Shown piece by piece: positions 27,839 to 37,690 of a stretch of DNA of 64,000 nucleotides (within the stretch, counting starts at the first letter, position 1; every line of letters starts with the position of its first letter). Where the stretch lies: the IMG/VR virus record IMGVR_UViG_3300020045_006302, positions 20,697 through 84,696 of that record; one strand, 5' to 3'. Under the pieces are notes generated by a model. That model was not told the DNA's origin. It saw only the letters and a list, made by a program, of their open reading frames with translations, and searched no databases. The translations under genes and the position numbers were made by a program. This DNA comes from a virus. Lineage: Duplodnaviria > Caudoviricetes.

Positions 27839-27860
27839 TTTCCCAATAGAAAGATAATCA
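27839..27860 (+). repeat. 22-bp dispersed motif copy (TTTCCCAATAGAAAGATAATCA)
   Basis: Intergenic, 22 nt upstream of the GroES-like ATG. Confidence 0.9.
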
Positions 27861-27882
27861 ATAACTTAAATATATAATAAAA

Positions 27883-28284
27883 ATGATTAATGTAAATTCA
27901 ATTAATTTATCAGCAGGATTAATACTTGTAGACGTAGATGAAGCATATAAAGTAGTAGAAGCTAAAAAAAGAAATAAAGCAATAAGTAATACTATTACTA
28001 CGGGAGTTGTTATTTCCGATGCTCAAATAGATGAATATGGAAGAAAACAACAAATGCGTACAGGTAAAGTAATGAAAATGTCTAATGACGTAAAAGAAAC
28101 TTTAAAGGTAAGAAAAGATGGACTGGAAGTTCTTGTAGAGGGAAGCGTTATAGTCTTTAATGCTTTAGCAATGGAAACATTTGATATACCTATATATGAA
28201 GAATCCGGAGAAGTAAGAAAAGAATTTAAAAATACTGCAACAATGCATATTAACTCTGTAATTGCAGAATTAAAAAATGAATGA
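27883..28284 (+). CDS. groES: GroES-like co-chaperonin
   Basis: LSAGLILVD / TTGVVISD / RTGKVMKM / VEGSVIVF line up with the GroES strands and mobile loop. Confidence 0.6.
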   Translation: MINVNSINLSAGLILVDVDEAYKVVEAKKRNKAISNTITTGVVISDAQIDEYGRKQQMRTGKVMKMSNDVKETLKVRKDGLEVLVEGSVIVFNALAMETFDIPIYEESGEVRKEFKNTATMHINSVIAELKNE

Positions 28285-28507
28285 AATTCCGTCAATACCT
28301 ATAATACTATTAATAATAGATAGTAGATATTCTGAATTAAGTACATTTAATCCCTACAAAGCTACTGTAGGGATTTTTCAATATATACAAGAAGATGAAA
28401 CAGTAATTCATCTTATAAAACCTACTGCACAATATAAAAATATTGGTATAGTAAGTAGAAAATCGGATATAACTATAGTTGACCAAATAATCATTAACTT
28501 AAATTAA
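28277..28507 (+). CDS. Hypothetical protein containing an intragenic terminator
   Basis: 76-aa ORF overlapping the groES stop. Confidence 0.4.
   Translation: MNEIPSIPIILLIIDSRYSELSTFNPYKATVGIFQYIQEDETVIHLIKPTAQYKNIGIVSRKSDITIVDQIIINLN
28349..28378 (+). terminator. Rho-independent terminator inside ORF 28277..28507
   Basis: AATCCCTACA-AAGCTAC-TGTAGGGATT 10-bp stem followed by a T-run. Confidence 0.6.
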
Positions 28508-28690
28508 ATGGATTTAAGTAAATATCCAAGATTAGTAGGAAAACCCATTCCTATAGAAAATATGTCAAAAGCATATTTACAAAATCAAATAGAAAGAATT
28601 AACCATGTAAAAGTAAATAAACCTTATAAAGAAAATTTACTTAAAGAATTAAAACATAAACTAACATTTAGATTTAAATACTTAAAATAA
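28508..28690 (+). CDS. Small hypothetical protein
   Basis: PIENMSKAYLQN pattern; packed ORF. Confidence 0.45.
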   Translation: MDLSKYPRLVGKPIPIENMSKAYLQNQIERINHVKVNKPYKENLLKELKHKLTFRFKYLK

Positions 28691-28696
28691 GATATT

Positions 28697-28912
28697 ATGA
28701 GAGAAAGAAACACAATAGATGCTATAATTAAAAGAGCAAAAATTACATTAGAAATGCATGCTAATCAATTTATAGGTAAAAATCCTTATGTATTTACACC
28801 TAAAGAAGAAAGAGCAGAAGCTATGAAAAATACAAGTACTTCTAATAAATTTAGAGTAAAGAAAAGATTAGCTAAAAAAGCACGTAAACAAATGTATGCA
28901 AATCGTAAATAA
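28697..28912 (+). CDS. Small basic hypothetical protein
   Basis: Packed ORF. Confidence 0.45.
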   Translation: MRERNTIDAIIKRAKITLEMHANQFIGKNPYVFTPKEERAEAMKNTSTSNKFRVKKRLAKKARKQMYANRK

Positions 28913-28915
28913 AAA

Positions 28916-29329
28916 ATGACATATAACGGAGAAATTAAAGAATTAAAATCTAATCAAGTATTTGTATTTGGTTCCAATACTCAAGGTAGACATGGAAAAG
29001 GTGCAGCATTAATAGCTAAAAGATTTTTTGGCGCTAAATACGGACAAGCAAAAGGAATACAAGGACAATCTTATGCAATAGTAACTAAAGATATATCCTC
29101 TTATCCTTATAAAAGTATGTCAAAAGATTATATTATAAATGAAATTAAGCATTTATATCAATTTGCTGTAATACATCCATATAAAGAATTTTATATAGCA
29201 TACAAAGGAAATGGAATTAATTTAAATGGATATTCTTCTATAGAAATGGCAGAAATGTTTAGTTTTTATCCTATACCTATTAATATAATATTTGAAGAAA
29301 CGTTCAAAGATTTAATAAAAAGTAATTAA
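28916..29329 (+). CDS. A1S_2505-family macrodomain-like phage protein
   Basis: VFVFGSN..GRHGKGAAL.A...FGA.YG...G.QGQSYAI.TK signature. Confidence 0.75.
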   Translation: MTYNGEIKELKSNQVFVFGSNTQGRHGKGAALIAKRFFGAKYGQAKGIQGQSYAIVTKDISSYPYKSMSKDYIINEIKHLYQFAVIHPYKEFYIAYKGNGINLNGYSSIEMAEMFSFYPIPINIIFEETFKDLIKSN

Positions 29330-29333
29330 AATT

Positions 29334-29645
29334 ATGAATATAAACGAAACTATTTATATAATATCTCCAGTAGAATTATATGGAAAATTTGTACCTAATT
29401 CTGCTCAAATATTAAAAGCAAAAGTAATTGAAATCTTAAAAGATAAATTAACTGTTGAAATAGATTTAGGAGAAGGTAGAATACAAATTAAAACTGTAAC
29501 AGAACCTTATTATAAAACTTTTCATGATGCTTTACCTCATATGGAAACTTTTATTAATAATAAAGTTAAAGTATTAAATGAAAATGAATATAAAGGAGAA
29601 GATATACCTTCAGATGGAAGTAATAGATATTTAACAGAAGTTTAA
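29334..29645 (+). CDS. Hypothetical protein
   Basis: Packed ORF. Confidence 0.45.
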   Translation: MNINETIYIISPVELYGKFVPNSAQILKAKVIEILKDKLTVEIDLGEGRIQIKTVTEPYYKTFHDALPHMETFINNKVKVLNENEYKGEDIPSDGSNRYLTEV

Positions 29646-29649
29646 TATT

Positions 29650-30330
29650 ATGAATATATTAGTATTTGATACAGAAACTAATGACCAAGCTAAAAACTTT
29701 AAACTTAAAGCTGAGGAAGATTTAAATAATTATCCTTATATAGTTCAACTATCAGCAAAGTTAATTAAAGTTGATATAGATGAAGATAAATGGTTAGTAG
29801 CACATACAAAAGATAAATCAGTTACAGTTACAGAATTATTTATATTAGATAATTTAATATCTCCTTATAGAGATGGAAATATAATAGAAATTTCTAATGG
29901 AGCATATGATGTTCATGGTATATCTGTCAATGATTGTATTAATGAAGGTTTTGATATAACAGAAAGGTTAATATTATTTCAAGGAATGCTATCAATGGCA
30001 GATGTAATTATAGCACATAATATAAACTTTGATAGAAATGTAATTGTTTCTGAATTTCTACGATTAGGATTAAAACCTTTAATTCGTAAAAAATCAATAG
30101 TATGGTGTAGTATGTTAAATACAATGTACGTATGTAATCTAAAAGGTAAAATACCAGGACAACCAAAATGGCCTACATTATCAGAATTATATAAACATTT
30201 ATTTAATATAGAATTAGGAACTATTCATAAAGCACATGATGCTATGGGAGATGTTAATGCTACTGTCGATTGTGTAGTAGAATTACTTAAAAGAGAAATT
30301 ACATTATTTCAAACGAATAAGAGAGAATGA
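29650..30330 (+). CDS. DEDDh 3'-5' exonuclease (DnaQ-like)
   Basis: VFDTET, AHNINFD, AHDAMGD. Confidence 0.9.
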   Translation: MNILVFDTETNDQAKNFKLKAEEDLNNYPYIVQLSAKLIKVDIDEDKWLVAHTKDKSVTVTELFILDNLISPYRDGNIIEISNGAYDVHGISVNDCINEGFDITERLILFQGMLSMADVIIAHNINFDRNVIVSEFLRLGLKPLIRKKSIVWCSMLNTMYVCNLKGKIPGQPKWPTLSELYKHLFNIELGTIHKAHDAMGDVNATVDCVVELLKREITLFQTNKRE

Positions 30331-30333
30331 CAG

Positions 30334-31677
30334 ATGCAGTTAAATGATGAACAGCAACAAGCAGCAGAAACATTACAAACATGGCTTAATAAATCTTCTG
30401 ATAAAAAAGATTTAATTAGAACTTTAAGTGGATTTGCTGGTACAGGTAAATCCACAGTTGCTAATGAAATACTAAGAGGACAAAGAGATGTTGTAGTTTC
30501 TGCTCCTACTCATAAAGCACGTAAAGTTATTGAGAATAAAACCCATAAACCAAGTGAAACAGTACAAGCTTTATTAGGATTAAGACCTGATGTAGAATTA
30601 GATAATTTTAATCCTAATAAACCTGTATTTAATTTATTAGCAGAAGAAAAAATAAAGTATTTTAAAACAATAGTAATTGATGAAGGGTCTATGGTTAATA
30701 ATAGTGCCCGAATAATGATTGAAGAAAAAGCACAAAAGTATGGTACAAAAATACTATATATAGGAGATGCATTACAACTTGCACCAGTAGGAGAAAATAT
30801 ATCTACAGTATTTACTAAATATCCTTTAACATCTTTAAATACAATTGTAAGACAAGAAGATAGTAATCCTAATACAAAATTAATTGAATTATCAAGAAAT
30901 GATGTATTATATGGAACTTCTACATTTTTACCTTATTTAAATAGTATTAAACAAGATATGCATAATGGAGAAGGATTTAAACTTCTACCAATGGAAGGAT
31001 TTTATAAAGGAATATTAGAACATTATTTTAATTCTGAATATGCTGTAGATTATGATTATGCTAAAACTATTTGTTATTCTAACGATACAGTTAAGAAAAT
31101 AAATAAGTATATAAGAAATCAAGTAAATAGAAATACTGAATTAGTAGCAAAAGGAGATGTATTAATGGGATATAATACTGTAAGTTTACAGATAATGGAT
31201 GCTCCTTATTATAGGCCTTTGATTAGTAATTCAGAAGATTATATTGTACAAAGTTCAGAATTAATAGAATTACCAATAGAAGGAACAGTATATACTGGCT
31301 ATAGAGTTAAATTACAATTAGTAGATGAATATCTATTTATTCTACATCCGTTATCTTATAAAGATTTTTATGATGAAATTTATAGAAGAATGGATGAAGC
31401 TAAATTATTTAAAAAATGGCCTGCATATTATAGATTTAAAAATCAGATACTTGTAATGGATGATTTTTACTATCCTGATAATAAAACATTATTAGTAAAA
31501 AAAGATATTGACTATGGATATTCTCTTACAGTACACAAGGCACAAGGCTCTACATATAAAAATGTAGGTATAGTACTTAAAGATATAGAAAGTTGTTATA
31601 AGATAGCTGATAGACGTAGATTACGATATGTAGCATTATCTCGTACAAGTAAAAATAACTTAATTTATGCCAAGTAA
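30334..31677 (+). CDS. SF1B helicase, Dda/RecD-like
   Basis: GFAGTGKS, APTHKA, IDEGSM, GDALQL, TVHKAQGST, RYVALSR. Confidence 0.9.
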   Translation: MQLNDEQQQAAETLQTWLNKSSDKKDLIRTLSGFAGTGKSTVANEILRGQRDVVVSAPTHKARKVIENKTHKPSETVQALLGLRPDVELDNFNPNKPVFNLLAEEKIKYFKTIVIDEGSMVNNSARIMIEEKAQKYGTKILYIGDALQLAPVGENISTVFTKYPLTSLNTIVRQEDSNPNTKLIELSRNDVLYGTSTFLPYLNSIKQDMHNGEGFKLLPMEGFYKGILEHYFNSEYAVDYDYAKTICYSNDTVKKINKYIRNQVNRNTELVAKGDVLMGYNTVSLQIMDAPYYRPLISNSEDYIVQSSELIELPIEGTVYTGYRVKLQLVDEYLFILHPLSYKDFYDEIYRRMDEAKLFKKWPAYYRFKNQILVMDDFYYPDNKTLLVKKDIDYGYSLTVHKAQGSTYKNVGIVLKDIESCYKIADRRRLRYVALSRTSKNNLIYAK

Positions 31678-31969
31678 TTTAGCAATTGCAATAGCACAAA
31701 ATAAAGAAACTTTTTTAGACTTTAGGAGATTTCTTTTAGAAAAGGGATTTACTAAAGAACAATTAATAGGAGTAGAAAACGGTAATGAAGATATTTATAT
31801 ACCAAGGTGTATAAGATATATAGAATATAATAATATTACTTTTAATGAAGCAGTAAATTATTATGTCTATGAAAGACCGGATTTAGATTATTGGGATTTA
31901 GTTAAAATAACAATAATAGGAGTATTTAGGAAGATTGAAAATAATGATATTAACTTTGTAACATATTAA
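31667..31969 (+). CDS. Hypothetical protein
   Basis: Packed ORF. Confidence 0.45.
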   Translation: MPSNLAIAIAQNKETFLDFRRFLLEKGFTKEQLIGVENGNEDIYIPRCIRYIEYNNITFNEAVNYYVYERPDLDYWDLVKITIIGVFRKIENNDINFVTY

Positions 31970-32141
31970 ATATGGAAGAATATTTAAATAAAATGATAAC
32001 ACTATTGAATGAAAAAATAGTATTACAAGAAAATATTATTAAAATACAAGATGAAACTATTAATACATTAAAAAAAGATAAAATAATATTATCAGATATG
32101 TTAAAAGTATGGCATATTAAATATGAAAATAACTAAATAAT

Positions 32142-32645
32142 ATGAAATTAAATATAACAGTAGATTTAGAAGACCTTTTTGTAGAAACAAGAGAAGACGG
32201 AGAAATTATTAATATACAAGAAGAAATAAAATCTGAAATTGTTTCTAAAGTAAAATCAGAAGTTTGGGCTTTATTTAGTAAAACAGCTAAAGAAGAAATA
32301 AATACATTATTAATAAGAGAAATTACTTCTATTAAAGATATACTTATTACAGAAAAAATAAGAGAACTTTTAATATCAGCTAAAATAAGAAAAAGTACTT
32401 TTGATAAATCAGAAATTACAGTAACTGATTACATATTAGAACAATTAAAAGGTACTTATGGAGAAACTACAAAAACAAGTAATGAAATTGATAAAGTAGT
32501 ATCAAATAATGCACATATAATTACTAATCAACTTAAAAATAGATATGATATGTTATTTGCTTCTCAATTAGTAAATAATATGAAACAAGCAGGAATGCTT
32601 AAAGATGATGTAGCAAAATTATTATTACCTGAAAAAGAACAATAA
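32142..32645 (+). CDS. Hypothetical protein
   Basis: 167-aa helical ORF. Confidence 0.5.
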   Translation: MKLNITVDLEDLFVETREDGEIINIQEEIKSEIVSKVKSEVWALFSKTAKEEINTLLIREITSIKDILITEKIRELLISAKIRKSTFDKSEITVTDYILEQLKGTYGETTKTSNEIDKVVSNNAHIITNQLKNRYDMLFASQLVNNMKQAGMLKDDVAKLLLPEKEQ

Positions 32646-32648
32646 CAA

Positions 32649-34937
32649 ATGATATTTTTTGTTACTAAAAATACAGATTATTATAAAAAAGCCTTCTATG
32701 GACAACTATTTAAAGATATAACTGTATTAACAGAACAAGAAGGTAAAGAATTATATTTTAAACATTTTGCTAAAAAAAGAATATTAGCATTTGACTGTGA
32801 AGCTACTGGATTAGATTCTTATTTACTTAATCCTATATTATATGGATTATCTACTAAAACTATACAATTAATGTATGATTGGACTGCAGATGTTACATAT
32901 GCTTTTAAAAATATAAGAGAGTATAATACAACTATGCTTGGTCATAATTTATTATATGATTTTAGATTAGTAAAAGTACATGTAGGAGTAGAATTAGATA
33001 AATGTTATGATACTATGCTTGCTGAACAACGACTTTATATGCGTTTAGGATATGAAATGGGATTAGCAGCATTAATTAGACGTTATTTAAAGAAAGAAGT
33101 AGAAAAAGAAGTAAGAAATGAATTTATAGGTGCAAATTTAGAAAAATTTAAAATTGCACCTCATCATTTATATTACCTAAAACAAGACCTTGTAGATTTA
33201 TTTGAAATAAGAGATAAACAGAGGGTTCAAATTAGGAATTATAAAATGGAATTTCTCATATATGGAATTGAATTTCCATTAATGCGTGCTATAGCAGAAG
33301 CAGAATTAAGAGGATTTGTACTTAATGTTGAAAAATGGAAAGAAAGAATAGAAAATGAGAAAAAAGAACTTTTTGAATTACTTTGTACTGTAGACCAACA
33401 AGTAAGAGATTTAAGAGATGAAATAGGAAAGTTAAATCCTGAAGTACGTATGAAATTATCAGGAGGAAAATATGATAATATAAGGAAATATAATCCTTTA
33501 TATGATATTTTCAAACCTGATGGAACTACTACAGAAATAGATTTATTTGGAAATTTTGCTACTAAATTAGGACTTACTAAAGTAAAGAAAAAAGTAATAT
33601 CTTATCCTAACAATACTAATTATAAATCTCCTGTTCAATTAATAAGAATATTTGCAGCTTTAGGTTATCCATTATTAAATAAAGCAGAACAATTTGAAGT
33701 ACCTATTATAAGAAATAATAAAATAGTAGGAGGAAATAATAAGTTTATGCTTAATGAAAAAGCTTTTAATAAATATCTTATATTAAAACCGGATACAGAC
33801 CTTAAAGATTTTATAACTAATATTATAAAAATAGGTAAAATAAAAAAATCTTTAGATACTTATGGAGAGTCTTTTATAGGATATATAAATCCTATTACTG
33901 GTAGGCTTCATACTGTATTTAGACAATGTTTTGCAGATACTGGAAGATTTCAATCAGGAGGTGGAGATAAGCAACCTGATAAACCTAATTTCCAAAATAT
34001 TCCTAAAACTAAAGAATATAGAGAAGCTTTTACAACAGATACAAGTAAATATATGATATGTACTTCTGATTATTCAGGAGCAGAGTTATTAGTAATGGCT
34101 TCTCATGCACAAGATTTTAAACTAATAGAATTAAGTAAACAAGATATGCATTCATATATGGCACAACGATGTTGGAGAACTATATATAAAAGTAGAGCAT
34201 ATAATTTATATTTAAAAATTACATCAGGATTATTAGGTCCTGGAAAACTATTAGAAAAACTTAAAGACGAATATAGAAGTTATAAAAACTTATCTGAAAC
34301 ATTTATAGTAAGTAAAGAAGAAAATAAAAAAGTTAGAGACGGTTTTAAATCTCAAACATTTGGTATAATATATAGAATGTATGCCAAGAAAGCAGGAGAA
34401 ACTATAAATGTAAGTAAAGAAGAAGGACAAATTACTATAGATGTTGTTAAAGCTGAATTACCGTTAACAAGTGCTATGGTTGATGAAGCTGTATATAATG
34501 CAGTAAATAATGGATTTTTAATATTAAATGAAAGAACTAATTCAAGAGCATGGTTTCCTGTACTTATTCAAAAATTAAAAGGAGTAATTACAGATAAAAC
34601 TCATTTTATGCAAATTTCTAAAGAAGAAGGTGCGGCAGCTAATTCAAGAATGCAAGGAACTCAAGCAGATTTTGTAAAAGAAGCTACAGTAATCTTAAGA
34701 AAATTTATTAAAAAGAATGGAATAGATGCAAGAATACTTAGTTGGGTACATGATGAAATTATAGATGAATTTCCTAAAGAATATGCAACATCTAATGGAA
34801 GGTTCTTCTATAGGGAAAGGGTATTTGATAATTATCCTGATTTCAAGACACATATAATGGAAGATGTAGCTAATAAATATTTAACAAATGTAACTATAGA
34901 AGTAGAAACAACAACATTACCTTATTGGACTAAATAA
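32649..34937 (+). CDS. polA: DNA polymerase family A with 3'-5' exonuclease
   Basis: FDCEATG and GHNLLYD (exo); TGRFQS..PNFQNIP; motif A DYSGAELL; motif B RDGFKSQTFGIIY; QGTQAD; motif C VHDEI. Confidence 0.93.
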   Translation: MIFFVTKNTDYYKKAFYGQLFKDITVLTEQEGKELYFKHFAKKRILAFDCEATGLDSYLLNPILYGLSTKTIQLMYDWTADVTYAFKNIREYNTTMLGHNLLYDFRLVKVHVGVELDKCYDTMLAEQRLYMRLGYEMGLAALIRRYLKKEVEKEVRNEFIGANLEKFKIAPHHLYYLKQDLVDLFEIRDKQRVQIRNYKMEFLIYGIEFPLMRAIAEAELRGFVLNVEKWKERIENEKKELFELLCTVDQQVRDLRDEIGKLNPEVRMKLSGGKYDNIRKYNPLYDIFKPDGTTTEIDLFGNFATKLGLTKVKKKVISYPNNTNYKSPVQLIRIFAALGYPLLNKAEQFEVPIIRNNKIVGGNNKFMLNEKAFNKYLILKPDTDLKDFITNIIKIGKIKKSLDTYGESFIGYINPITGRLHTVFRQCFADTGRFQSGGGDKQPDKPNFQNIPKTKEYREAFTTDTSKYMICTSDYSGAELLVMASHAQDFKLIELSKQDMHSYMAQRCWRTIYKSRAYNLYLKITSGLLGPGKLLEKLKDEYRSYKNLSETFIVSKEENKKVRDGFKSQTFGIIYRMYAKKAGETINVSKEEGQITIDVVKAELPLTSAMVDEAVYNAVNNGFLILNERTNSRAWFPVLIQKLKGVITDKTHFMQISKEEGAAANSRMQGTQADFVKEATVILRKFIKKNGIDARILSWVHDEIIDEFPKEYATSNGRFFYRERVFDNYPDFKTHIMEDVANKYLTNVTIEVETTTLPYWTK
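34797..34818 (-). repeat. 22-bp dispersed motif copy (TTTCCCTATAGAAGAACCTTCC)
   Basis: Inside the polA 3' end. Confidence 0.85.
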
Positions 34938-34950
34938 TTAAATAAAACTT

Positions 34951-35406
34951 ATGATAAATGAAAAAGAATTAATAAAAAGAAACTTAAAAATACCCCTTCC
35001 CTCTACAAGAACTATCAGAGATTTACCTGACGGAATTACAGCTATTCCTGTATATAAAAAATCTTATGTACTTTTAGATAAAGTAATAGAAATAAATTCT
35101 ACTACATTACAATTACAAAGAGTAATAGAATTAGATAAAGAATATCCTAAAGCAATTATAGGATTTCATCCTCCTTTATTTAAAGATTTTATAAATAAAG
35201 ACAATACTATAAATACTCATGTTAATGTAGGGGAAACTGTAGTATTAGGATTAAAATTTAAAAATGATAAAAATCCACCAAGAATTGTAAAAGAATTATA
35301 TTTTACATCATTAAATAGTATTACTGTAATTATTGCTAAATTAGATAATGAAGATTATTATCCTTCATACTTTTTAGAAAAATACATAGAACCTGATGCA
35401 AGTTAA
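34951..35406 (+). CDS. Hypothetical protein
   Basis: Packed ORF. Confidence 0.5.
   Translation: MINEKELIKRNLKIPLPSTRTIRDLPDGITAIPVYKKSYVLLDKVIEINSTTLQLQRVIELDKEYPKAIIGFHPPLFKDFINKDNTINTHVNVGETVVLGLKFKNDKNPPRIVKELYFTSLNSITVIIAKLDNEDYYPSYFLEKYIEPDAS
34996..35017 (+). repeat. 22-bp dispersed motif copy (CTTCCCTCTACAAGAACTATCA)
   Basis: Coding; inverted relative to the copy at 34797. Confidence 0.85.
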
Positions 35407-36796
35407 TGAAAAGAAAAAACAGAGACAACTTAATGGAATAATCAAGTGGCATAATTGTGGCTTCAGGGGTATTTTATATTATCCAACTGGATTTGGTAAA
35501 ACTTTTACAGCTATATTAGCAATTCAATATTTAGAAAAACTTACTAAATCTTCTTATTTAATAGGAGTAGCATCTGAACAAAATAAACAACAATGGATAA
35601 AAGTACTTGAAAAGAATTTACCTAAATATTTATTAGAAAGAGTAAGAGTAAAAACATTCCATGAAATTGTAACTTCTGATTTAAGATATGAAGTAGGAAC
35701 ATTTATAGTAGATGAAATACATGAATGTCATACAGATGAAAGAATAGATTTAATTAATGGATTTAAAGTATATTCTAAATATATATTAGGACTTACAGCA
35801 AGTGCAGATGATAAAAACTTCTTTAAAATCACAATGCATATTCCGATTATAGATGAAATTACCGAAACGTATGCTATACAAGAAGGATATATATCTGACT
35901 TTATAGAATATAACATACCAGTAAATTTAACTGTAAAAGAAAAAGGAGATTATGATAGACATTCTTCTATAGTATCAGGATTAATGGATAAATTCAATAA
36001 AGATATTGGATTAGTTCAAAAATGTATTAACGGAGGAAAAGATAATTATGGAACTTATTATACAGGAGTACATTGGGCAACATCACTTGCACGTAGTAAA
36101 GGATGGGCACCTACATTAGATTTTAATTTACAAAGAAATAGAGAACTTGATGATGAATATAATCCTAATACAATAATTAATAATAGTCGTAGATTAATGA
36201 CTGCTATTAGAAAAAGAAAAGAAATATTGTATATGGCATCAGAAAAATATACATTGTGTATAGAAATATTAAAAAAGTATTCTACTATTAAAACAATATT
36301 ATTTTCTGAAAGTACTGAATTTATAGATATACTACAAATTCAAGCTAAACGTCAAGAATTAAAAACTTCTTTATATCACGGTAATTTAAAAACACAGATT
36401 AAAACTTCTCCTGTATCAGGAAAATTAATTAAATTTGGAAAAACAAGATTAAAAAAGATTGCATTAGAGGAAATTACTACAGGAAAGACAGCAGCTTTAC
36501 TTACATCTAAAGTATTAGAAAAAGGTACAGATATACCTGATATTCGTATAGGTATTGATGTAGCAGGTACTTCAAATCCTACTACATATAAACAAAGAAA
36601 AGGTAGAGCATTACGTAAAGAAGCAAGTGTATTTGAGGAAGATATTGTATCACTTATATTAAATATATATGTAAAAGATACAGTAGAAGAAAGTTGGCTT
36701 AAGAATAGACAAAAGGACACAACTCACGTTATTAATAAAGTGTTATCTTTAGATGATGTTGATTATGTACCTCCAAGTAATCCGGATTTACTATGA
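35396..36796 (+). CDS. SF2 helicase (DEAD/SNF2-like)
   Basis: PTGFGKT, VDEIH, LGLTAS, EKGTDIP, QRKGRALR. Confidence 0.88.
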   Translation: MQVNEKKKQRQLNGIIKWHNCGFRGILYYPTGFGKTFTAILAIQYLEKLTKSSYLIGVASEQNKQQWIKVLEKNLPKYLLERVRVKTFHEIVTSDLRYEVGTFIVDEIHECHTDERIDLINGFKVYSKYILGLTASADDKNFFKITMHIPIIDEITETYAIQEGYISDFIEYNIPVNLTVKEKGDYDRHSSIVSGLMDKFNKDIGLVQKCINGGKDNYGTYYTGVHWATSLARSKGWAPTLDFNLQRNRELDDEYNPNTIINNSRRLMTAIRKRKEILYMASEKYTLCIEILKKYSTIKTILFSESTEFIDILQIQAKRQELKTSLYHGNLKTQIKTSPVSGKLIKFGKTRLKKIALEEITTGKTAALLTSKVLEKGTDIPDIRIGIDVAGTSNPTTYKQRKGRALRKEASVFEEDIVSLILNIYVKDTVEESWLKNRQKDTTHVINKVLSLDDVDYVPPSNPDLL

Positions 36797-37389
36797 TAAT
36801 AGAGGATAGTTATTTAGATTTTTTAATACTAAATAGATTAACACAACCACAATTCTTATTATTACATTTAATATATAAGAAAAGAATAGATTTATTACGA
36901 AAGTATAAACAAGCGTTCCCAACAGATGATGGAACTATAATAGGAAAACGATTAACAGACGAATTAATACAAAGAGGATTTTTAATAATAAAAGAAGAAG
37001 GAGGTGGATTTGAAATAGGAAAAGAATTTCTTAAACTATATATAGATAGTAGAGAAGCAACAGAACAAATATTTAGAATATATCCAACATACTATCATAA
37101 AAGTGGATTGGATATACCTTTAAATATAATGGATAGAAGAACATTTTCTAAAATATATGAAGAAGCTATTATATATTCTAATGCAGAACATATAGAAGTT
37201 ATAAAAGATATTAAATATGGTAAATTACATAATCTTATTATAATACCTATAGATAAATTTGTAAAATCACATTATTGGAAAGTATTACGTAAACAAAGAT
37301 TAGATTATGAAAATACACCACAAATAGATGAATACTCTTTATCAGTTCCACAGCCGGAAAATGACAGCTATTCTGAACCTGCCTTTTAA
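36793..37389 (+). CDS. Hypothetical protein, possible winged-helix replication factor
   Basis: LILNRLTQPQFLLLHL..DELIQRGFL..F.RIYP pattern; follows the helicase. Confidence 0.45.
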   Translation: MIIEDSYLDFLILNRLTQPQFLLLHLIYKKRIDLLRKYKQAFPTDDGTIIGKRLTDELIQRGFLIIKEEGGGFEIGKEFLKLYIDSREATEQIFRIYPTYYHKSGLDIPLNIMDRRTFSKIYEEAIIYSNAEHIEVIKDIKYGKLHNLIIIPIDKFVKSHYWKVLRKQRLDYENTPQIDEYSLSVPQPENDSYSEPAF

Positions 37390-37465
37390 CTGTATGCCCT
37401 TTTTAGGCTCACAGTTGTATTTTAACCCTTGTTACGTATTATAATAAAGGAATTAAAGAACGTTG

Positions 37466-37484
37466 CTTAAATCGCCTTAAAATC
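37466..37484 (+). repeat. Intergenic motif CTTAAATCGCCTTAAAATC
   Basis: 18/19 identical to 48511..48529. Confidence 0.6.
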
Positions 37485-37589
37485 GCTTATAGTCAATAGT
37501 AGGAAAATTAGAAAAATGTTAATGAAATTAAAAAGATAAACGGATACTAAAATAAATTGATTGAAAATTGTAAAATTAACTGGAATGTC

Positions 37590-37620
37590 TTGCAGGATAA
37601 ATATAAGTTGATTATATTTG
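37590..37620 (+). promoter_or_regulatory. Bacteroidota/Flavobacterium sigma-A promoter
   Basis: TTG (37590-92), 20-nt spacer, TATATTTG (37613-20); upstream of the RecT-like gene. Confidence 0.55.
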
Positions 37621-37690
37621 TAGTGTAATAGAAACAGATACAAAGGCAATTTGAGATTATCAAAATAGTATCGAAAAATTAAAGTTTTAT

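Noticed and set aside
13280-34937. Self-splicing introns or inteins in terL or polA
   Set aside because: Both ORFs are continuous and of expected size, with no intein C/HN motifs or embedded endonuclease
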